From NCBI RefSeq assembly GCF_963853765.1, contig NC_088859.1, positions 30,008,001 to 30,072,000 of the forward strand: a stretch of DNA of 64,000 nt, given 5' to 3'. Position 1 is the first letter of the stretch, and each line of letters starts with the position of its first letter. The notes under the pieces were generated by a model. The model searched no databases, had not been told where the DNA came from, and worked only from the letters and a program-made list of their open reading frames with translations. A program made the translations under genes and the position numbers. Source of the DNA: Magallana gigas. Its lineage: Eukaryota. Below are positions 40,901-52,900 of this stretch, piece by piece.

Positions 40901-43900
40901 ATTTTTTTAAGGCTTATTTTTGGAAAAGAGCTGAACTTAAATAAACCTTATCATCATGTGGATACCAGTAAATTCTACCCACCACTTGGCTTTATGTGTC
41001 CTTCCTCTCTGTCGCCTTGGTATTAGGATGCTTATTTTGGTTCGCACAAGTCACAGAGGTGACCTATTGTTATCCATGTCAGTTGAATTCCTGTAAGTAA
41101 ACTATTGAATAATTGAAATCGTCCATTTTCCTTGGTATGTAGCAGATTATACTTGAGTTAGTGTGGCCTAATGGATCATCAGATCTGGTGATGGCCTAGC
41201 TTAGCTAGCTTGCTTTTGGCAGGATCATATTGTGAAATCATTTCTAATACAGATTGGTACTTTTATAGAGTCAATTAATGTTTTATACCTGGGTGACCAT
41301 AAAGGTTCATGAACCTCTTGTTTCGTGAGAATTTAACTTATGTATAAAGGTCCTATATAGCTGTGAAATCATTTTTATCCAGAATTGAAGAATGTACATA
41401 GCATATATGTACTAGATCGTGGATTGGTATATACATTATTTACAGGAATTATTTAGTATTAATATGATATATCTGAAAATTGCATGGTTATATCCATGCC
41501 TGTATAAATAGATTTTCAGAGTGACAGAACGTCATGGTTCGTGATAGCTTTATAAGACATAGAATTACATTTAAAGTGGTCATGAACAAACACCGTTCAC
41601 CACTTGTCACTGAAGGAGAAGTGGAGTGTCATTTTGAATTTGAGAACACCAAGTATATAGTCTTGTCTGCATATATATTTCTTCCTTGTTTGTAAACACT
41701 TATAATGTGTTCTCATGTTGTTAACATATATATTATAATACTGTTGTAACAATTCAGAACACACATCTAACACTTGTGTGTATTTATGAATATGTAATTA
41801 TACTTTACCATGCTTCAGTACACTCATTATACATATGTACATACATCCAGCACAAGAATTAACATAATAATTACAAATACATCTATATAATGCTTGACAT
41901 GTGTATTGGAGGAAAAAGTCATGTTTGTACACATCATTTTATTAGTATGCTTCATGTATCTGTTGCAGTGGGGCATACTAATGTTTATTTTCTACAAATG
42001 GGTACACTTTTTCATATCACTAATTACATACTGCATTGTCAGTTTTCAAATAAATGTAGATCTGCACAATACATGTATCAGCAGGATTGCAGTGTTATGT
42101 TCAGTGACCAATACAAGGGGGTACAAGATTTCAGGCAATTTTAAATATGATATGATTATGAATCAGATTGTTCAAAGGAACCCCCCCCCAAAAAAAAAAA
42201 AAAAAAAAGATTCACAGGGCTGTCTGTCTGATATACTAGGGGAAAAAAATATTTTTTGGCAGTACATGTACTATAAAGTTATGTAGAACATTCAGTTGAT
42301 TTATAGACATATTTTATATGTTAATTCTCACATTCTGTTTCAACTACTTCTCCGGAGGCATTATTGGTTACGAAAAAAGTGGAGTTGTCAGACTCATGAA
42401 AATTAAGCAACCCCTCTTTATGCTTAAAAATGACTACTGGTGAATACATTATGTATATTAAAAATAAGAAAATTTTTGGTGGCAGGGTTCTTCTTCTTCT
42501 TCTTCTTCTTCTTCTTCTGTATATACTTAGTTCCATCTGGTGCACAGTCATATACATCATTTTTAAATTGTATGTACATATGTATATATATTATAATTAT
42601 GCTTGATTTTTTAATTATCAGGATGTAAATAAAGCAAGACCTGGGACTTTCTCAAAGCCAAGATCAGCCCTTCAGGAAGATAAAAACTTGGGAGGGAATG
42701 TAGGCAGATCACAACCAGGAAATACAATTAGTAGCTGTGATGTCACAACAACAACCCAACGTGGAAATGCAAAAGAGTCTTCATCAACGAGCTTTACCAG
42801 CAAGAGAAACAGTAAATTAAACATTCCTGCTGCGTTTTTGGCAGACAAGCAAGAACCAGCCATGAATAGGCCGCCAGTAGTTCCGAAGAAAATTGTGTCA
42901 ACTCCTGTGGAGGAGAACAAACCGGGGATGACTCCTAAGCCGCCATTAAAACCCAAAGTTCCTATGGATAAGGAATCAAGTGTAGCTACAATACTCAGGA
43001 CCATCAATAATGCGCAGAGTAATCGGTCACATGAAAACGGTGATATTTCAAACACCGAAAGTGAAACAGTGAAAAAACCTATAAATCCATTTCTAGCATT
43101 AGACAGAGAAAAGAAAGTGGAAAGTTCAACTAATAAACCTGTTACTCCTGTAAAACCATTGGGTAGGTCAGATTCGGATAAACCAGTTCCACCATGGAAA
43201 ATGCCAAAACCTGCAGAATCGGACAAGCCTACACCACCTTGGAAGGTCCCTAAACCAGACACAGACTCAGAAAAACGGGTGCCTGCATGGAAAGCCGCCA
43301 GAGATTCTCAAGAACAGAGTTCTGAAAACAAGAGTGAAAATGTTCCACCATGGAAAGCCCCCAAAAAATTCCCAGTGGACACCAACAATGTGTCGGAAGA
43401 AAAACCTGTGCCATTGTGGAAACAGAAAAACCTCCAAAACAAGCCGGAGACATTAAATAAACCAGAGGCAAATAAATCTGATTCTCCCCCCACTCCATCT
43501 TGGAAAGCAAACACAGAGCCTTTAGCAAAAGATGGCAACAAGCAACCACCAAGTAAATTAAAAAGTCCATTCCTAGCGGACAAATCGGAGCTTAATGCGG
43601 TTATAGGTAGATTGAACAGAACAAGTAGTGCATCATCAGATGAACCACCCCCTGTGCTTCGGAATTTAAAACAGAAAAAGTCAATCAAGCGGAAATCTTT
43701 AACTAGAACTTTTGATCAGAAGAAGTTTTACGCAGTAGACATACAGACTGTGGAGACGGATAACAATCCGCCTCCGAAACCTGCCAAGATGTTCGGTGCT
43801 GTAAACATTGACATCATTGTGGAGAGGTACAAGGCCCGACTTGCTCCTTCATCAGGTATGACCAAAAACAAAAACATAACATAGATAAAATACACATACC

Positions 43901-46900
43901 CCGGTATATTACTAAAGACAAAATTTTTTTACAGTTAGCCAAAATTCTTGTCAATGATAAAAAAAATCAATTCCTTTTATTCATTAGTTAAATTGAAACA
44001 CCCCCTTCTTTAATCTCATCCCACCTTTCACATGAACCTAGCAACTATTTTGCTTTTGGTTATGTGTTGTGTACAATTACATGCATTCCCACAGGCAGTG
44101 AGTCTCGCATATATTTCTACGCTATGATGCTGTCAATGAGTGCATGCGAGATGTCAGACTTTTTATCAGTATTATACTCAGTGACACACACATTGCCTGT
44201 GATTGACATTAAGCAGTGAACCTCTGATGGTGCTTTTTTAATCAGCAGGCTTAGAATTTTTAAACCTAGTCAATTGATGATCTATTGAAATCAACCAAAA
44301 ACATGCTATATCATCATAATAAAATGAAATGATGTCAAAAATTCAATGTTTAGTTATCACTTATAAGACACAAAATAGATAATTTCTTCAGAGTACAATG
44401 TTTAGAATACAATATAAGATATACACATCATTTTATCCAGTCTATATTTAGATAGGTATATAAATTTTACTGCTTTAGGATGTTATCTGAAAATTTATAC
44501 TCTTGAAATAACAATATCTCTTTTTTAAAGCCTCTTTTTTTTTAAATTTAATAATTATATTTAACAACAATGATGGATAGTACGTACTTCCTGACACGAA
44601 CACTATTTCTAACCCCCCACCCCCCCCCCCCTTTTTCCTATGAAATACATTGTATCATAATCAGGAGCTTGCTACATGAATATGCTGTGGGCTGAAATGA
44701 GTATCATAACTCATCAAAGATTTCAAGCTAGATGTACTTGAATTAATTAGCAAAGATGAAATGTTAAAATTACTTCCTGGTACGATACTTTGTAACAGCT
44801 ACTGGTGCTTTTACTGGTGCATTTAATATTGTAACAGTTACTTTTAGCAACAGCTATGTTTACTGGTACAGTTACTATAGTAATAGCTACTTTTACTGGA
44901 ACATGTACAGTTACTATAGTAACAGTTACTTTTACTGGTACATTTACTATATAGTAGTAACAGCTATGTTTACTAGTACATCTTCTATATATAACAATTA
45001 CTTTCCCTAACGACGAGGTAATTATCATTAGCTGATCAACTGAGGATCTGAATTTAAATGATCGATCCTCAATTCTCATCATATTGTTCAACTTGATTTA
45101 TTGATTTGTGGGATTGTTTTAATTTTGTTTTCCACATGCAAAATTTCATTTTCAAATAAGCATTTGTATCGATAAAAAGTAAAAGAATATAGAAAAAAAA
45201 ATCATTATATCTGCTAATTTTGATCTCTTAGGCTCTTGTTTGTCACAATTAAAACAACGTTGAAAGTATGAATAAGAGTTAATTTAAAATACAGACAAAA
45301 AGATTCAAGCTTCTATAAACAAGTTTAAAAATAGTATTATATTTATATATTATATTTATTTATATCTTACAAGTCAACAGATTTTCTTTCTAAATTATAG
45401 GCATGCATTTAGGCATGACTGTTTACTTTATGGAACGCCATATAGGCTTTTATGTTAAATTTTGTTTGTGAAAAAAAGAAAAAGATGTCCAAGGCAATAG
45501 CCAATGTTTTGACAGCATGGCGCAGGGGTTTTATATTTGCTGATTGGGGGTTTCTCTGAGGTAACCTTTTATGGGATGTTGTTGGATCCTCTCAGCTATA
45601 CTCTTCAAAATACAGGAGCGTTTAGGGTCTAATATTGAACAAGATTGTTCATCGCACTCAATGTTTGACTCTGATGATAATCAGAATTCTCCGTTAAATT
45701 GGGATATCACTAATTTATCCCATTTTATAGATGTGCATGAACGGCAAATAAGCTCAGAGGATGCGTTTAGTTAAAACAGCCATAACCAGGTGAGTTGTGT
45801 GGTCCAGAAGCATGTCAAAAAAATTGGGTAACAACATATCGTAAAGTCATATATTTTGTGAGACATAAGCAATTTGCTAATAAGGGATTTTTTTTCTAAC
45901 ACATCACTAAAATATGATTCTCTATAATTTAAAGATAAACTTAAACAATAATATATCTTGCTTAATTGTCACATTGGCCATGCAACTTAATATTCGGGCC
46001 CTTATAATAATTAATTCTTAAGTATATCATTTCCTCACATAATTGCAAACTTTCTTATGAGTCATTACAACAAATGTCTTATGTGATTTATTTAGGTTTT
46101 AGACTATCAATAAATATCTTGGTTTTTATTTTGAAATAGTAAATCTATTTTTTGGGAGTTGATTTTAATCAACTCTCCTATGCACTTACTCGGGCAAAGC
46201 GAAAGTGAAACAGTGTTAGGACCTAAGCACAAATCAATACTTAGTTCTTGAAAATAATCGATAAATTCGAAGCTATATCTTCTGAAGTATTGTTTTTCAA
46301 GAAAACTTATTTATTAATACCATGAAAATACCTAATAAGATTTAAAATTGTACAAACAGTTTAGATATTCTTTAAAGTCTTATGTATTCCTACGCTAGAG
46401 TTCAATGTAGTCACGTTCAACCAGACGCTTGGCTGTCTCCGTTAATATCCGACAAAACAGAGTCTCTTTTGCTTGTCGGAGACAGCCGAGCGTTTGGTTG
46501 AACAAGACAAGAGTTCAATCTTGCCTGGATCCATACAATTTCTCAGAAATATTTCGATTACTGATACTACTTGTCATGCAAAATCACATATCATTGATTT
46601 TGAATAAATGATAATCGATAAAATCAACTTCCGTCAGTACTTCAGTACTTTGATTTATGTTTAAAAGCAATCATTTGTACATTAAAGATACCTTTACTCC
46701 TTGTTAAATCAGACTATAGTGTCAGTGATTTGATTTTTGTAGGTTAACAATCAATATTCTAAATGTTTAAGAATTTTAACATCACAATTACTCCCCGAAA
46801 TGAAAACAAAACAGAATATGATATCTACAAAGCCTGTGTAACATGGTTTTAAGGTTGTTAGTTGGATTTTATATGCCGGTTTATATATTTTACTTCAGCA

Positions 46901-49900
46901 GTCAGGTATACATGTATGTTTGGATTTTTTCAGGAGTGAAAACAGAGCCCTCTCCTGAGGCTGAGGTGGAGGAAGAGCTTGAGGTGGATGAACTTTACGA
47001 GGAGCTTCCCGAGGAGCCAGTGGCAGTGAGGAGAAGGTCCGAGGGACAGAATAATTCTAGAGCCTCAAAGGCAGTTTCTCTTATGTATGTCACAGTAGTT
47101 TCTTTATTTTCCATAATTTTTTTTTTTTAATTTCCATGTTAAAACTTAAAGTAACCAAACTTAAAACTGAAATATTTTCACTTATACATGCATATAAACT
47201 TTCATCAATGTTAATCAAGCTAGAAATATGAAAATGTGATATGAAATTCAATGTGTATGCTCATGATTTAAAGATGACATATATACTTAATAATTGACTT
47301 GATATGTGTACAATATGAAATTAAGGAAATAATTGCATCTATCATACTGTCAATTAATGTTCTGTATGTATACATGATTAAAATATTTGTTTTGAAGTTT
47401 GAATCAGTGGTTTGATGATGTCATTGAATGATTATTCCCTTATAGACCAGAAATGGCGTCTGATGAAGAAGAGGAGGAGTATGATGATACGGCCATTGTT
47501 GTAGCCACCCCTCAAGCTAGTCTTCCTCCACCCCCTCCAAAAGACCTCCCCCCACTCCCTGGAATCCCTTCAAGGGCCAGGCCACCACCCCCACAGATAC
47601 CCACACCATCAGATGCAAACGGTAATGTTCTTAATTGATTACATGTATTTTAATTATAACATGTGTACAAGCAGGGTGATTATTGTCCCATTTAACATTT
47701 ATTGATCAATCAATTTCAATGGTTTAAGTTCTCTTTGACACAATTGGGTTTAAACAGAAATATCATAATTTTATAATCCAGCCCCATTTTGAATTTTCTT
47801 ATTAATTGATGAATGTGAATGGAGCAAAAATGACAACAGGAGCAAAACTAACCATGTATGTTTGATTCGACCATATATGGCATAGACTTAAATTAGCAAA
47901 TTCCTACCACATGTGTATTTTCATATGGCCTCTTAACACTATAGATGAATTTGTTTTTGAAAATTCATCTTTATAGTATCTTAAGATTTATGGACAAAAA
48001 ATAGAAAATGCTGTTTATTGTTACCAGTTAGGAACTTTAGTCCTAGCTGTTTGTGCAATCCAAAATGCCAAAAAAGGCTTATGAAGGCTGGATGGTTGTT
48101 GCCATNNNNNNNNNNNNNNNNNNNNNNNNNNNNNNNNNNNNNNNNNNNNNNNNNNNNNNNNNNNNNNNNNNNNNNNNNNNNNNNNNNNNNNNNNNNNNNN
48201 NNNNNNNNNNNNNNNNNNNNNNNNNNNNNNNNNNNNNNNNNNNNNNNNNNNNNNNNNNNNNNNNNNNNNNNNNNNNNNNNNNNCACAAATATTATGATGT
48301 CATATTTTGTTGTTTTCATAATAAACTGCAATGCTTAAAATTTCAGTTTGACTACCATAAAACTTGACTATGATCTTTATTAGGGCCCCGCTCTGCGGGC
48401 ACCCTGTAGTGATCAGTCTGTCCGTCTGTCCATCCATCCTTCCGTATATGTGGACAGTATATATATGCTCTGAAAAAGAATTTTGCAAGATCTAATATGA
48501 CCTTGACACTTGACCTACAAACATCATTCAACATCACTGCACAGCCTTTGATCGTAGGCACTCTGAGTGAAGTTTGAGCCAGATTCGACCACAGGGAGAA
48601 AAGATATGCTCTGGACAAGGATTTTTCATTTAATTCTGCTATGAGCCAGATTGGGCCAAGGGGAGAGAAGATATGCTCCGGACAAGGGATCTCGGACGGA
48701 CAGACAACACTACATATATTACAGGGCTCATTCCTGAATTGCAGAATCTGAATGCGTTTGCACACTTTATTTATTTTTTTAACTCTGTTTTCAGATGACC
48801 TTGATCAAGAGGAGTATGCAGATGCTGAGGCCGGGGGAATAGTAAGCAATAGAACCAGTTTATTTTTTTTAACCAAAATCATTTAAAGTCTTCAAACTTA
48901 ATTTTAAATTCAGTTAGATTTGGTTAGAATTTTTTTTTTCATTGCAGTAGAAAAATCAAATATACCAGATTTTGTATGCATGGTCATCCAAGATGGCTAT
49001 AGAAAAGAACTTTAAATCAATGATATGAAGGAAGATGAACATCGCGGCTTAGAACATTGTGTTCAGTAAATGAAATGTTAATTGACTTGTACAACATGTA
49101 AAATATGTCAGCTGGTACATACTCCCTCAATTACAGTACATTTGCACAGGGAAACTGCTTGTAATTTTAAAATATTGGCCTGTTGATTTAATATTATAAT
49201 AATATGATATTCAATAGCTTTATAATTATATATCTGTATTGTCTGAGAGTCACTTTTAGACATTATAGACATTATGAGAATCATTTCAAATAGATATTAA
49301 GAGACCACTTTTTGCTGGCAAAAATTTAAGTGGTATATTTCATAAGGGAATTTTCAAAAAAAATATTTTGGTATGAAGAAAGGTATTAAAAAGTGATTTC
49401 ACCCTTACACCTTATTTTTGTATTATGAAGGTTCATTTGTTATATGACATTTCTTTTGGCAATTTTATTTTATTGGGTGGGGGGGGGGGGGGGTGGTCTG
49501 TAGATCAAGTTTAACAACATAATGGTTCATGTTCAAATACGAATATCATGTGTTAAAATTGAGATGTATAGTCTATATGATGTGACACATGCACATGCAT
49601 GTAAAAACATACAAACAATTTAGTGTCATGTAATCAAAGGTTTGATTAAAAAGAATTCTATTTAACAGGAAGAAGAGGGTTTAGAACAGGATGATGTGTA
49701 CGAACCACTAGATGAAATTCAAGAGTAAGTCAATCGTTCCTGTGACCAAGCTAATTATAGCTTTCTCAATTGTGTTTATAAAGAGAGGGATTTCCTCCTC
49801 TAGAACCTTTAAAACCTATCAAATGAATTTTCAGGAAATGAGACTTACACGTGTACATGTATATGTACAAACACAACAGTTAGTGTTTATTTGTAGATGG

Positions 49901-52900
49901 TACGATATGTTCTCTGTAACGGCATGTAGGTTGACAAAATATATATACAGTGTAGTAGGTCATGATTTGGCCTCATTTCAATAGAATTTATAGTCCTGAG
50001 ATGTCTTTCATATTTATAAATTTTGATACATGTTGATTATAAATCAAGTGACATACAATATGTACTAATATCTTGCTTAAAAGTAAACAAATATTCTTTT
50101 TTGATAAAGGCAAACTTTGATGTGAAGCACTGTATTGCTTAATTTACTGGAAAAACTGTTGAATTATTCCATACGTACATTATAAGCAGCATTTTCTAGA
50201 TATCCTTTAAATGAAAGTTGAATGTTGGAGTGATGTCACAATGAATTTCTTTCTTACATCCATATATAGACACTGTTTTAATGGAATTTTTTTTGCTCTT
50301 AATTGTTAATGTTTCATATATACCAGTATAATTCCAATATCATATACCTACATGTATTAACTGAAAATAAAAGATGATTTTTCTAAAGAATATTTTGCAC
50401 AAAGTTCATCTACAAGGGTATACATGTACATTAAACTGAAGGCAGGAGGTGCAAAACCCATATTTAAGCTTTTAACTGAATTGTGATAAAAAAAACAACA
50501 AATATGAGGCATTATATTATCCCACTCATTCTAAGCAGTTGATTCTCAGCTCCTTTATTAATAGCTAGTATCAAAAATGAGACTGTGTCTGCACCACGTG
50601 GTGTCACGGGATCTTTAACAATCAACAGAAAACTCATTTTATATGGTGTTTTCATGCCTAAATTTAAGTACAACTACAGTATGATAGCAAAGAGCTCTCT
50701 TAGATTTGTCTAGTCACTTCTTCTGTAAATGTATGTATTATATGAAGTACACTGCAGGATTTTTTGATGTGTGTGATGTGTTATTGTGATAATTAAGTGG
50801 TTTATCTTAGGGAGTTGAATAAAAAGGAGGAAGAAGAAAGAAAAAAACAACAAGATGAAAAGAAGGCTGAGAAAGAAAGGAAAGAGAGGGAAGAAAGGGA
50901 AAAGAAAGAGGAGCAGGTACAATGCTCTTCATAGACAAATATGAACTAGCTGTTACCCTGGTAATAAACAAGTACATGTAATACTCTAGTTATCTCCCCT
51001 AAAATTATTCTTAAAAATTGTATATAGTGATGCATATTAAAAAAGCAATGACCTTTCAGGTACATATACGAAAAATCCTAATATCAATAAGATAATTCAT
51101 TCAACTGTTTTTTGATGCCAAACCACACCCAAAAGTATTAATTATCAATTGCATTAAAATGTGATGTTACAAATGTAAGTGGTCTTTTTAAATGAGATAT
51201 TCCTTTGGTTATAATTATCAAGAATCAACTTTTATTCACCTCTAAGAAACAATCTTTATCTCTAGACAAAAAGATTTGGCCATAGTAGAGGAGAAATAAT
51301 AATCTCTTGTCATTAAATTATTGGAGTCACTTCCACACTTTCTAGATCAAAGTTTATAAGGGTTTTTTAGGAGGGGTGTTGAGAATTTAGAAATCTTTAC
51401 CTGTAGTTTCATGATGAAGAGGGTGCATTCTCGATTTATCTGATACAGGAATTATTATTAAAGTTAGATATATACTGTATATCCAGTTATTTCTTGATGA
51501 TATAATTTTCGCTTTTTCCGTGATCATTTTTACATATCACAAGATATCCTATACACAGAAATTATATCCAGTATTGTTTGCTTAAAAAACATTTTAAATG
51601 ACAAAATAGACTGGCGCAAATAAAAAACGTTTCACATTTTCCAATTTTTGCAAATTTATTGACACACAAAAAAAAAAGAAATGGATATTATATATATACA
51701 GTATTCAGATGTTTATCAATCTTAGCTTTTTTATTTTTATAGAAAAGGTTGAAAGCTGAAAAGAAACGACAAGAAGAGGAAAAGAAACGACAAGAGAAGG
51801 AGATGAAAGCTTTAAAGAAAAAGTTCAATGTAAGACTGATAATACCAAGATAACCCTTCATCAGCTTTTTTGTTGTATCTATTAACTGATGTCATGTCCT
51901 GGTTATATTATACATTGTATCAATTGTCGTATAAACACTATAACAGCCATGGATGTCCTTTTTTCAGATTCAACCCTCCGACCTTGACTCACCTCAAGGT
52001 GAAGGTGATATAAAGGAAGACGACAAGGGAGGTAAAAACAGTCTAGAAGTCAAAAAGGGCACAAGAGTTCAGTTAATCCGTTTAACTGATAATCCAAAGG
52101 GGAAATGGCTGGTGAAATTAGCAGTTACTGGATTGGGTAAGCTCCGGGATATACATGTACATTGTTTATATTACATGTAACACTCTTTTTACATAGATGC
52201 AATGTGTTTGAATATACATGCCTGCATTAAAATACTAGCTCTTTTCAACTTGATAACTTCTCAAGCTTCGGAGGTACCAATGTAAGTAATTGAATATTGT
52301 ACATATATTAACCCAAAGTGTTTTCCGTTTTCTGTATTTGGTATATTGTCAAAAATGTCAAATTGTTTTGGTTTGATTTCGAATTTTCAAATTTTTTTTT
52401 CTTAAAATCCATTTCAGTTCAATTTTTTTCAGTTCAACAGTAATTTTTTTTTATTCGAATAGAAAACTGATCAAAGTTCTAATCAGCATTTACATTGTAA
52501 ACACAAAACCCTCTTGATTAATGCTGATTTAATTAGCATGTTTTCTTTGAGTTATTTTTAGTCACCATGCAAATATACAGCATATGCCCTGAAGATAATA
52601 ATTAATCTTATAATATACTGTGAACCACCTTTTCTTCAAAATGAATTTATTTTTGGATTCACTGTAGAGTGGATAATGGCAACTAATTTTCCTTTAAAAA
52701 AGAAAAAATAAGAACAGTAACTTAATTTACATTGATGCCAATTAAACAACATATGGCTCATGTATAACTCAAGAACCTAAAAACAATTAAAACCCTTGAA
52801 AAAATATATCTGTAATATGAACTATATGGCGAATAGTAAATCCATAGTATATACTAGTATGATAAAAAAAAACATGTCCAGTTGATTGCAACATCGATCA

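Noticed and set aside
41035-41100. Candidate coding exon ATGTCAGTTGAATTCCT|GTAAGT
   Set aside because: Phase 2 is incompatible with the phase-0 exon at 42622, and the sequence resembles a degenerate Helentron 5' end.
42672-43688. Long minus-strand ORFs (196, 106 and 126 aa)
   Set aside because: They are antisense shadows of the Pro/Lys-rich FYB-like exon, with no domain or splice support.
50710-50922. Hydrophobic Phe/Leu-rich minus-strand ORF resembling a membrane peptide
   Set aside because: It is the reverse complement of the purine-rich coiled-coil exon.
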